From: a bacterium
Lineage (GTDB): Bacteria; Patescibacteriota; 4484-211; GCA-002791395
NCBI GenBank assembly: GCA_027002475.1
Contig: JALWZS010000018.1
Span: 1,093 to 56,634, forward strand
Length of the DNA stretch: 55,542 nt
Reading direction: 5' to 3'
Part shown: positions 22,004-30,764 of the stretch, piece by piece
Layout: each line of letters opens with the position of its first letter
How positions within the stretch are numbered: position 1 is the first letter of the stretch
Made by a program: the position numbers and the translations under genes
Notes under the pieces: generated by a model
Told to the model about the DNA's origin: nothing
Seen by the model: only the letters and a program-made list of their open reading frames with translations
Databases searched by the model: none

Positions 22004-22218
22004 TATGGGCAGCTCTCGAGTGTTGTGCATATACTTTAAATTATTTAATATCTTGAATGTCTTTGGGATACACGAGGTGGAACACGGCGAGCGTTCTTTA
22101 GTGAGTGTTGACAACTGATACATATCTCCACAGATGTACAAGGGTTAATAGCGCCGCAGTATGGACATACGCGCTCCCAGTTCGTATCAATATTTTCTCA
22201 AAAGAGGTTGTGCATTAT

Positions 22219-23133
22219 TCAGGTCTCTTTTGTAACAAGCTGCAAGTTGTATTGGATAAATTCTTCAGATTTTAAGTATTCAGGTCTGTTGACAAAATAA
22301 CTCTTGGGCACTTTTCTAAGTCTCCAGAATTCACGTAGTGAGCCGATCAGTCTAAAAAAACGATACGCATATAAAACGAGGAAAAATGTAACACCGTGAG
22401 ATAGTCTGTAATGTTCACCTTTTTTAAAGTACTGGGTAAGTATTTTTACTTTACTTGTCTTATTGATGTACATATCAGAAAATGCTAGGTATGACCGAAG
22501 TCTTCCGTACCTCATCCAAGTCTTATAAAGCTTTGGTACGTTGTCAGGTTGATGATACATAACTACATCGCTAGCACGTCTAACAGTTATGTTCGTGTTT
22601 TGGCGGAGTATTCGCTCGGACCACTCTGAGTCTTCACAACCGCTGAGTTCGGGGTCGTATAGTCCATAACGATAATAGATCGTTTTGCGTACTATTAAGT
22701 TCGGAGAATAAAGTCTTTTAGGAAATTCATACCATAAACTGCGAAGCACATTGTACTGTTGAGTTAATTTACTGTCATTGTTCTCAAATATTACTTTTCC
22801 CATTACGACGTCAGCATCATTTGTGTATTGCTTCGCTCGGTTTATGTAATCTTTAGGTATATGACAGTCTGAGTCTAACATCACGACATAATCAAATTTC
22901 GCGTGAAGTATGGCAACATTTCTTGCTAAAGATATGTTCTTTTCGTTGATGCAGAGGAATCGAATGTTTTTATGGTTCAAGTATGCCGCTGTTAATTTTT
23001 CCTGATAATCTTTTGGGCTTTGGTTTAGAACTACTATGCATTCACACTCATGTGACATTTCTGCTGCAATGAAAGAATCTAGTGCCGTGTATATTCGTGT
23101 GTCGTTGTATGTTGGGACGACAAAGCTATACAT
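22219..23133 (-). CDS. glycosyltransferase family 2
   Basis: SFVVPTYN, ARNVAI, MLDSDC (DxD), GCEDSEW. Confidence 0.9.
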   Translation of the reverse strand: MYSFVVPTYNDTRIYTALDSFIAAEMSHECECIVVLNQSPKDYQEKLTAAYLNHKNIRFLCINEKNISLARNVAILHAKFDYVVMLDSDCHIPKDYINRAKQYTNDADVVMGKVIFENNDSKLTQQYNVLRSLWYEFPKRLYSPNLIVRKTIYYRYGLYDPELSGCEDSEWSERILRQNTNITVRRASDVVMYHQPDNVPKLYKTWMRYGRLRSYLAFSDMYINKTSKVKILTQYFKKGEHYRLSHGVTFFLVLYAYRFFRLIGSLREFWRLRKVPKSYFVNRPEYLKSEEFIQYNLQLVTKET

Positions 23134-23932
23134 GATTACGTTTCTTGCTGGCTATTATAAGTAAACCGTGGGGTTCTTTGTGCCCCCAAGATGTAACAAA
23201 TTCAATCTTAAAAAATGGCAATAAAAGCGGCCAGAGAAGGCTGTGTAGGAATCTGCTCTTTCGTCGTACCACTTCTAGTATCTCATATAACAACTCTGAG
23301 AGTTTATAGTAGTGTTTTATGGAATTGGTAACGGTAAAGCCAGCATTCTCTAGGTAAGATTGCAGTGCATCTTCAGTAAACCCACTGTGTTCATGGTGGT
23401 CTTCTCCATATGAGAAATGCTCCTCTAATTTTATGTATTTTTTATCTTCCCCATACGGTACGCGTATGCAAATTCGTCCATCTTCTTTTAGGTGGTTATA
23501 AGCAACTTTAAGTACTTCTGAGATATTCGGTATGTGTTCTAACACGTCAAATATAATACAAGCATTAAAGCTCTTGTTACTCTTGTACCTTGTAGCATCG
23601 GCATTAAAGTACCTTATAGGAAGTTTAAGTGTTTTGGAGACTTGTATAGCTTGGTCTAGTCTATGCTGCATAAGATCTAACCCTACCCCAGTGATTCCAT
23701 AATCTATCGCTAGTTGGTTCAGTAGTGCCCCTTCGCCACATCCTAAGTCCAGTACACTACAATTTGTAGTGATGTTGCAGTATCGTCTAACGAGATAATA
23801 AGAGATATGATATGGCACGAATGGCATCCCAAATAATGCGTAGTGAATTTTCCAATATATATTTTTTTGTATTAGGGAGTACGCACTGGCAATCCTACCC
23901 TTGAATAGTTTTTTATATATTTTGTTCGTCAT
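23126..23932 (-). CDS. class I SAM-dependent methyltransferase
   Basis: VLDLGCGEG, FDVLEHI, LKEDGRI. Confidence 0.9.
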   Translation of the reverse strand: MTNKIYKKLFKGRIASAYSLIQKNIYWKIHYALFGMPFVPYHISYYLVRRYCNITTNCSVLDLGCGEGALLNQLAIDYGITGVGLDLMQHRLDQAIQVSKTLKLPIRYFNADATRYKSNKSFNACIIFDVLEHIPNISEVLKVAYNHLKEDGRICIRVPYGEDKKYIKLEEHFSYGEDHHEHSGFTEDALQSYLENAGFTVTNSIKHYYKLSELLYEILEVVRRKSRFLHSLLWPLLLPFFKIEFVTSWGHKEPHGLLIIASKKRNHV

Positions 23933-25014
23933 AACGTTGATGACTCTCGTGTGAAAACTGCATCTTTAGGCAAGAAAAAACGATTCTTTATTCCCAACCA
24001 ATAGAGTCGATACATAATGATTAGAAGGTAAAGTAATTTGGCAATAGTAGAATACTCTTTATTGCTAAGAAAATCAATAAATATCTTAGGATAACTTTTA
24101 GAACTGTTGTCATTTATGAGCATATTAATAAACCTGCTTTTTACTCTGGGCTTTTTATTCAGATAGCGCTTACACAGCTTCGGGTGCTTCCTTTTTAATT
24201 GTTTATATGCAGCGTCAAAACGGTCTATTTGCTTTAGGTAGTCATGCCAGGTCTCAGGTTTTTTGTAGCTGTATGATGTGTCCTCTACAATTATAAACCC
24301 TTTGCTTTTATCCTTTGAGTATAATTCTAACCAAAAGTCTTCTGCCATTGTTTCTTCTGGAAATCCTTCAGGTAGGAGTTTTTTTCTAAAGCTAAATGCT
24401 CTTCCTATGAGAGAGTGTTCATCGTTTTTGTAAAAATAGTCGTGATGTACTCTTTGTACTTGCATAAGGAGGGAATTATTGGAGAGGTTTGCCGGAAAAC
24501 CCACAGCTACTGCGGCTAGGTAATCTGGGTTATGTTGGAGTGCATAATATAGACTTGCTATAAGGTTAGGTTTTAGGCGGATATCGTCAACAATTTGTAC
24601 AATTATATCGGATTTACAATGTTGTAAGCCGATGTTTAATGCACGCGGTTTGCCTGGTTTGCTCTCCTTGATTACGTCAATTTGACGATTTGGTGCCTGG
24701 AATTTTTCTTTAACTTCTTGAGCATACTTAATGCTAGAGCTATGGCACGCGCTGCATACTATTACTACTTGTAAGTTCGTGTTTGTAGGCAATTCTTGGT
24801 TAGAGATATCCGACACTGTTAGTTCTAAGGTGGATGAGTTATGAAACGGTATTAATACAGAAATCAATTCTTGCTGGTCGTTTAGTTTTTGTAAACTAGG
24901 AAGATCCCTTATGGGAGTAGCGGGTATCGTAAAGCTTCCAGTAGATTTATGGTTAAGAGTACCATTGTATATAGAATAGTAGTTGTACTGCTCCTTTTCT
25001 TTAGTGGCCTCCAT
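23929..25014 (-). CDS. glycosyltransferase family 2
   Basis: ISVLIPFHN, GKPRALNIG, IVDD, MAEDFWL; start moved to ATG 25014 (AAGGA upstream), which removes the overlap with the divergent gene. Confidence 0.85.
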   Translation of the reverse strand: MEATKEKEQYNYYSIYNGTLNHKSTGSFTIPATPIRDLPSLQKLNDQQELISVLIPFHNSSTLELTVSDISNQELPTNTNLQVVIVCSACHSSSIKYAQEVKEKFQAPNRQIDVIKESKPGKPRALNIGLQHCKSDIIVQIVDDIRLKPNLIASLYYALQHNPDYLAAVAVGFPANLSNNSLLMQVQRVHHDYFYKNDEHSLIGRAFSFRKKLLPEGFPEETMAEDFWLELYSKDKSKGFIIVEDTSYSYKKPETWHDYLKQIDRFDAAYKQLKRKHPKLCKRYLNKKPRVKSRFINMLINDNSSKSYPKIFIDFLSNKEYSTIAKLLYLLIIMYRLYWLGIKNRFFLPKDAVFTRESSTL

Positions 25015-25086
25015 ATATTCCTTTGTAGTTCGTATTGTTAGCACTAGGATGATATCATATTGAGGAATTCTATAAACATATTTTCG

Positions 25087-26133
25087 ATGAAAGGTAACAT
25101 TATCAAACAAGGGATTGAAAGCATCATAGGCGAGTTGTTAGGAGATGTATATATTGAATCTGTTGGGGAAGAAGGCGAAAAGATGAACCAAATATATCTG
25201 GTTCATTCAGATGTAAAAAGTGTCGTGCTTAAACTGATAGGTACAGCAAATCCACTTCAGGGAGAGGAGAGTCTATTTGACATAATATACGATGCAAAAG
25301 TACACGAGTACGTTTGTAGGATCGCAGGTGCATTCTGTCCCCCTAGGCGAGTAATAGCTTACGACAATGGAAGTAGTAATCCGTTTAATAGTCCATATGT
25401 CGTGCAGGAATATATCAATGGAGAATTTGTTGTTGATGAGGACTTAAGTGACATGCGCAGTGTAAATAAGATGATTTCGTCTATACTTAAAATGTATGCC
25501 TCGATGTCTTCTAAAACTGAGTTTTCTAAAGTAACGGTTGAGGATTTGAGGACAGCAGGAATTGACGTAGAACCTGATTATATTGAATACGTCGATAATA
25601 GAGTCAAATCACAGAGTTTGCAGTCAGACAAAAATTTTGTGCGTAGATACATTAAGAATGACATATTAGCTTTTGCACCTGAAGATTATAAGGGGCGTTT
25701 ATTGGATTTCATTGACTCGAAATGTGATTACTTGAATATTAACGAATACCACTTAGTCCATGGGGACTTTAAGTTGGGAAATATAATAAAACAAAACAAC
25801 AATTATATATTAATTGATTGGAGTAGGGCCTATTTTGGGGATATTGCACATGACTTAGCATATTTGCTAGTGGCAGTGTTTTCTGCTAGTGATGTGGCGC
25901 ATACAGTAAATGTATACGACCAGTTGAAAAAACTTCGGTTCTTGAGTATGGAAAATGTTAGACGTAATTTGGATGACAGGATAATATTTTATATGTTCGT
26001 GCTATTTTTCTCGATGGGTAGAGTATTTTATCCAAATGATATCGCACAAATCTGTGAGGGGATCCTTAGTCCTGCGGCAACCGTATACGATTTTTTGGAA
26101 AATAACAAGTGGGTTATGGGACGGAAGTATTAA
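25087..26133 (+). CDS. APH/choline-kinase-family phosphotransferase
   Basis: LVHGDFKLGNII (Brenner-type motif), LIDWSRAYFGD...DLA. Confidence 0.85.
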   Translation: MKGNIIKQGIESIIGELLGDVYIESVGEEGEKMNQIYLVHSDVKSVVLKLIGTANPLQGEESLFDIIYDAKVHEYVCRIAGAFCPPRRVIAYDNGSSNPFNSPYVVQEYINGEFVVDEDLSDMRSVNKMISSILKMYASMSSKTEFSKVTVEDLRTAGIDVEPDYIEYVDNRVKSQSLQSDKNFVRRYIKNDILAFAPEDYKGRLLDFIDSKCDYLNINEYHLVHGDFKLGNIIKQNNNYILIDWSRAYFGDIAHDLAYLLVAVFSASDVAHTVNVYDQLKKLRFLSMENVRRNLDDRIIFYMFVLFFSMGRVFYPNDIAQICEGILSPAATVYDFLENNKWVMGRKY

Positions 26134-26135
26134 AT

Positions 26136-27047
26136 ATGACACAACGGTTGAAATTATCAATGACAATTCCTGTCGGAGAACATCATGCAGAATACCTAAA
26201 GGATAACATTGAATACCATAGCTTTTTGGGTGTGTCTAACTTTTTGGTGATGTTACATAACTTTCCTGATGGGTTGAAACGCAATGTCAAACGAGAACTT
26301 TCTGACTACCCTGTTACATTCATAGGTAATACAAACCCAATATTTGAAGATGGTGAAGTAAGAACCAGATTGGCAAAAAAAGCGTATGAACTTTTTTCTA
26401 GTGATTGGATTATTAACAACGACGTAGATGAGTACTGGGTTCCTAAGAGTGGCGAGAGTTTAAATGAGATATTTTATAAGTATACAGATGCTAACGTTGT
26501 TACTGTACAAAGATACAATATGTTAGCTTACACTACTTCTATAGATACTTATGTATCGCCGCCGCGAAGTTATATTTATAGAATTATCCGCCCGTTAACG
26601 TTGTCTAACTCCAGATTTGATGAGGTGTCTCCATTAGAGTTTATGCTCAAAAAGAAATCAGGAAAATCGGCTAGTCGAGGCAAGGGCATAATATCAGTTG
26701 GTCCAGGCAGTCATCTAATTCAGATAAAAGACAAGGTCAATATCCTTTCGGAGGATATTGTGATTTACCACTATCCTTATTCAACAAAAGAGCATTTTAT
26801 AAAAGAGCTAAGGAATAAGATTGGTTCTATGCTAGCAGATAAAAGTCTAACTCAAAGGCAAAATTGGCATATACGTTATCTTGAGTATTACTATAATTCT
26901 GGCAGAATAGAGGATGTTTTATCGGTACTGTTCCCTGATGCTGATTTGGTTGAGGAGTTAGAAGAAAAAGGAGTTGTAGAAAAAAGTACATTTGTTCATG
27001 ATTTTTTCATGAGTAGTCAAGAGATAGGTTCTATAAATAATATATAG
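26136..27047 (+). CDS. glycosyltransferase family 2-like protein
   Basis: IEYHSFLGV, DWIINNDVDEYW, IYHYPYST. Confidence 0.8.
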   Translation: MTQRLKLSMTIPVGEHHAEYLKDNIEYHSFLGVSNFLVMLHNFPDGLKRNVKRELSDYPVTFIGNTNPIFEDGEVRTRLAKKAYELFSSDWIINNDVDEYWVPKSGESLNEIFYKYTDANVVTVQRYNMLAYTTSIDTYVSPPRSYIYRIIRPLTLSNSRFDEVSPLEFMLKKKSGKSASRGKGIISVGPGSHLIQIKDKVNILSEDIVIYHYPYSTKEHFIKELRNKIGSMLADKSLTQRQNWHIRYLEYYYNSGRIEDVLSVLFPDADLVEELEEKGVVEKSTFVHDFFMSSQEIGSINNI

Positions 27048-27051
27048 CAAG

Positions 27052-27097
27052 AAAAAAGCCCGGAACCACACTATGTGTGGCCCCAGGCTTCGTTTTT
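27052..27097. terminator. bidirectional terminator at the island's left edge
   Basis: AAAAAAGCC...CCACAC TAT GTGTGG...GGCTT CGTTTTT between convergent genes. Confidence 0.6.
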
Positions 27098-27363
27098 TAG
27101 TCCGCCCCCCGCGCCTGCCGACGCATGCGCCAATCGCGCAGGTCGGCGATTTCTTCCTCGGTGACGTCGGACTCTGTCACCGAGAAGCGGAACAGTCCAT
27201 TTTCCAGATCTCTAATTGAGATGTTATGCTCTCTTCCGAGCTTTTCCATTGCCCGGGAAGCATCCGTGGTCTCAATCGAAGACCCAATCGGCCACCAGAA
27301 AAGGTGGTGGTTGAGAACTCGAACGCTCCGCAGGAGGACGACAGACTGACGCAGATTCGTCAT
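27097..27363 (-). CDS. hypothetical protein (88 aa)
   Basis: GGAGG RBS; ATGA overlap with the upstream gene. Confidence 0.7.
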   Translation of the reverse strand: MTNLRQSVVLLRSVRVLNHHLFWWPIGSSIETTDASRAMEKLGREHNISIRDLENGLFRFSVTESDVTEEEIADLRDWRMRRQARGAD

Positions 27364-27752
27364 GATTCCTCCAGAAGTGGTAGTGAGAGTTGGTGGACAA
27401 AGGTTCTCTGCTGCTGGGGTTGATTGGGCCTGGGTTCAGCGTAGGCCTCTTCAGGCGAGGCTGGAATATTTTTGGGCCTCGGGCCCGAGAGTTTCCAACC
27501 TTGGCGACCGGCTTTGCGCCCGTACTTCATCCGTGCGACAAACCCTGCAGACACCCCGCAGCAGGGGTTATTGTGCAGGATTCGTAGCGCGGTTCGAACG
27601 GACGCCTCACTGACGTGAACGCCAGCATCCAGCAGAATCTGCTGGTGCTCGCCAGCCGTCAACCAGTGAGATCGGTCACCAAACTTGAGGAGAGCCCGAA
27701 GGGCTTTCCAAGACTGCGGTCCCAACCCCGGAGGGACTTGCTGCTTACCCAT
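27360..27752 (-). CDS. putative winged-helix DNA-binding protein
   Basis: LTAGEHQQILLDAGVHVSEASVRTALRIL resembles a Fur/ArgR-type wHTH; GGGGAGG RBS before ATG 27752. Confidence 0.55.
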   Translation of the reverse strand: MGKQQVPPGLGPQSWKALRALLKFGDRSHWLTAGEHQQILLDAGVHVSEASVRTALRILHNNPCCGVSAGFVARMKYGRKAGRQGWKLSGPRPKNIPASPEEAYAEPRPNQPQQQRTFVHQLSLPLLEES

Positions 27753-28098
27753 TTCCGCCTCCCCGCTTTCGGTCAGGTCCGATATGGGCAAGCGTATCAT
27801 TCAGCTGGCTAATGGGCACTCGGAAGAACTGCGCCCGTTTTCCTTTTATCTCCGCGAACGGTGGAATATCCGCGTCAAAGGAAAAATGGGGCAGTTGTAA
27901 GTGCGTTAACGCGCGTTCACCATAGTGATCTAAGCTTCTGGAGGTTTGTCGTACCAGAAATATAATGGCCGAATCCATGGCTTCTGGTGCAACAATTTGG
28001 GAATGGTGAATTCCGCCAACTTGAACTGATACCTTCACCTTATTAGGGTTTTTCCTTGCGAAAGCGATAGAAAGATTAGCTGTTAATTGGGGTTGCAT
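27745..28098 (-). CDS. hypothetical protein
   Basis: AAGGAG RBS before ATG 28098; overlaps the start of the next gene. Confidence 0.7.
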   Translation of the reverse strand: MQPQLTANLSIAFARKNPNKVKVSVQVGGIHHSQIVAPEAMDSAIIFLVRQTSRSLDHYGERALTHLQLPHFSFDADIPPFAEIKGKRAQFFRVPISQLNDTLAHIGPDRKRGGGNG

Positions 28099-28168
28099 AT
28101 TCACTCCTTGTGTTGGTTCGAGTACGGAGAAAGGGGCGTATAACCGTCCCTTTCTCCGTGGTGGTAAC

Positions 28169-28795
28169 CTAGCCGAAGGTAGACTCAGTGATCTTGCGCC
28201 GTAGAAGTATTAACTTGGGGTGAATATCCATCCCTTCATCGAAGTGTCTCTCGTCTCCAATGAAGGTGATCAATCCAAGCACCACTGAACTGCGAAACGC
28301 GAGTCCTAGTACTTCTCGCTCTACTTCTTGCAGTCGTCGGAACACTGTCGGTGCAGTTTCTTTATATGTCCCGTTTTCATAGTGACCGACAACGCAAACT
28401 ACATCACGGTAGACGTGGGGTTGGTACCCCAATGACCTCGCGAAATGTAGTTTTCCTACTGCAGCGTCCTCTCCGATATGACTGATGCTAGTCACTATTT
28501 GCATATCTTTTTTGCAGTGTCTGCAAAATCTTTCAGAGGGGTTCTGCAGGAAGGTATCAGTTGGTAATGGGACTTCACAGATGGCGCACGCAGGCGGTCC
28601 GCCTCGTTGTTGGGCACGCTTAAGGGCGTCCCGTTCGATTCGGCGACGCCTAAGCTGTGCTACAAGGCGTGACTTTGTGTTGATTGCTTCAGCAACCTCC
28701 GCCATGTCTCCAGTTTTGGCTAAGGCAGAGATTTCTTTGAGTAATTGCTGGATATCTGAGTCTACTTCGTTAAGTTTTTGCTGAATAGCGTCCAT
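28169..28795 (-). CDS. DksA/TraR-like C4 zinc-finger protein with C-terminal extension
   Basis: Coiled coil with DMAEVA tip (cf. DxxDxA), then CAIC-x17-CRHC with the conserved Pro (NPSERFC). Confidence 0.65.
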   Translation of the reverse strand: MDAIQQKLNEVDSDIQQLLKEISALAKTGDMAEVAEAINTKSRLVAQLRRRRIERDALKRAQQRGGPPACAICEVPLPTDTFLQNPSERFCRHCKKDMQIVTSISHIGEDAAVGKLHFARSLGYQPHVYRDVVCVVGHYENGTYKETAPTVFRRLQEVEREVLGLAFRSSVVLGLITFIGDERHFDEGMDIHPKLILLRRKITESTFG

Positions 28796-29187
28796 TGTTC
28801 TGTAGGGGGAGTGTGGCAGGGTGGGTGGAAAAAATCAGTAGAACGCGTGCCTGCCCACGCGAACTACTGAAAGGGTTAAAGGTTAGTTCATAAGCACCTC
28901 CTTTTTTGAGTGAATGAGTGAATTAAAATGCCCTTTTATTGATTGGGGTCGCTGCCATTAAACGGTTTATTGAAAATATGTTTAATAGTAACGGCCCCAA
29001 TCAATAGCAACCCAATGGATATTGATATTAGCCTATTTGTTAAAGTCCTAGTGTGTATACATATTTATAACACATCAATCAAGATTTTTAGCTTATCCTA
29101 TCTTGCATCCAGATTTATATGAATACAAAGTAGAGTAATCTAAATAAACTATCCCCCCGAGCCTTGCGACCCGGGAGGATATAACTG

Positions 29188-29322
29188 CTATCGATGTCGC
29201 CTACCCTCCTTAAACCCTCTGCGGGTTTTTTTAAGTCCCCGCGTTAGGCGAGCGGTCTTTTTGGGGGGATGGCGGCGTTTTTTGCCCTGAGTAGGGTAGA
29301 ACAGCTTTCTGACTGGATTCAT
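29188..29322 (-). CDS. unannotated 44-aa Lys/Arg-rich peptide
   Basis: AAGGAGGT RBS; hand translation MNPVRKLFYPTQGKKRRHPPKKTARLTRGLKKTRRGFKEGRRHR*; followed by a hairpin. Confidence 0.6.
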   Translation of the reverse strand: MNPVRKLFYPTQGKKRRHPPKKTARLTRGLKKTRRGFKEGRRHR

Positions 29323-29364
29323 CGTACCTCCTTTTGGGAGTTGTAAGAAGATTGAGAAAGCGAA

Positions 29365-30648
29365 TTATGCCTCTTCGAATTCGTCGATAAGTTCTCCCTC
29401 GACGAATTCGGGAGCGGGTTCAGCTTCTTCGTAGAGGGCTGTGGGCCATTTGCCCGGGTCCTCTACGCTTTGCAGGTCGATGATCTCCCCGGTCTCCGTC
29501 AGATCTTGTATGATCTTAAGGAGTTGACGGACCTGATGGTCGTTTTCAGCCATCAGGATGCCAGCTCGGGCGTCACCTGCACTGGCTACAATTTCGGCAT
29601 AGGCTTTTGCCGCCTGTGCTTCCAGTGCGGCAATGGTTTTTTGCTGTGGGGATTGAGCTGCTCGTCGCGCTAGCTCGATGAGAGAACGCGCGATGTTGTG
29701 AGCGTTTTGAAGCCCAAACGCTCGATCTCGAGCCGTAGGTCCGTACCTAGAGGGAAGGTTAATGTCCCCTATCCCCCAGATCTTATTAAGCAGGCCGTCG
29801 ATGATGCGACCACTAAGAGTCGCATTCTCAAGTCCCACCTTCTCGCCGGGTGAAACCACTTGGATCTCCTTAAATTCGGTTAACGGGCCAAAGCTCATAT
29901 ACCGAGTCCAAGGGATTCGCACGCGTGATTTCCACGCACGGTAGGTGGTGACTACTAGGCGGTCGTGTTTACGATTCCATTCGGTAAAGGCTGTGATGAC
30001 AAGAATCATAAACACTAGAAAAGGGATAACGAAAATGGTGTATTCTGCAAGGTTCGGTAAGGGGAGCCCAAACAGTACCACCACACGCCAAATGAAAAAC
30101 ACAAGTGCGCTAACGCTTAAACCCGCGATAAGCGTTACCTGTGCTACTCTTGGGTAAGTGGTGACCCACGGACTTGCTGTCAATACCATTTCCACTTCTT
30201 CTCCATGAAGGAGCTTGACTCCCTGCTTGACATGAAAGATGGAATCAACGAGCTCCTCCATTTTTTCTACGAGTCCTAACTTGGGTTTATATCTGCCCGA
30301 CACTCGTAGGATTGTGGCTACGATGAGGTTAATGACCTCATACGAGAGCCAAGTCGTAACGAGAACCTGAGCGAATGAGAACACTACTTCGCTTGCAATC
30401 AGGTATTGGAGCTGTGAAAAAGCCTCGCTCGCTCCGGCTGTTCCCGCTGGTAGGACGATGGCCCAGAAGACCGTCTTTATCTTGCCTTCTGGCAAACTCT
30501 TCATCACTAGGATGACTACCAGTACGGCCATCATCTGGGTAAAGATTTGCCAATCCTGAGTGGTTGTACCATTGACCACACTAATTACCCACAGTGCGGT
30601 CAAGATGGTAGATACCAGACTCAGGATGAGTAGGACTGCTTTCCGCAT
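29365..30648 (-). CDS. multi-TM membrane protein with bacterial PH-like domain
   Basis: About six TM segments, then RLVVTTYR...IQV...IWGIGDINL pattern; AAGGAG RBS. Confidence 0.65.
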   Translation of the reverse strand: MRKAVLLILSLVSTILTALWVISVVNGTTTQDWQIFTQMMAVLVVILVMKSLPEGKIKTVFWAIVLPAGTAGASEAFSQLQYLIASEVVFSFAQVLVTTWLSYEVINLIVATILRVSGRYKPKLGLVEKMEELVDSIFHVKQGVKLLHGEEVEMVLTASPWVTTYPRVAQVTLIAGLSVSALVFFIWRVVVLFGLPLPNLAEYTIFVIPFLVFMILVITAFTEWNRKHDRLVVTTYRAWKSRVRIPWTRYMSFGPLTEFKEIQVVSPGEKVGLENATLSGRIIDGLLNKIWGIGDINLPSRYGPTARDRAFGLQNAHNIARSLIELARRAAQSPQQKTIAALEAQAAKAYAEIVASAGDARAGILMAENDHQVRQLLKIIQDLTETGEIIDLQSVEDPGKWPTALYEEAEPAPEFVEGELIDEFEEA

Positions 30649-30764
30649 ATTCTCTCCTTGAGAGTGGTTTTGGTATTAGTAGATAAAGATAATCTTTGGA
30701 ATAATGGCTGTAACCCTTCCATATGGCGCTGCTTGTAGCTTTGCCATAGGAAGGGTTTGTCTTT

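Noticed and set aside
21752-22141. 129-aa minus-strand ORF
   Set aside because: Antisense to the SD-led 21717-21941 gene and runs through its terminator; no motifs.
29188-29322. Ribosomal protein L34 (similar size, basic, F-x-P)
   Set aside because: Lacks the HGF-x-x-RM core; similarity is mostly compositional; no rnpA/dnaA context.
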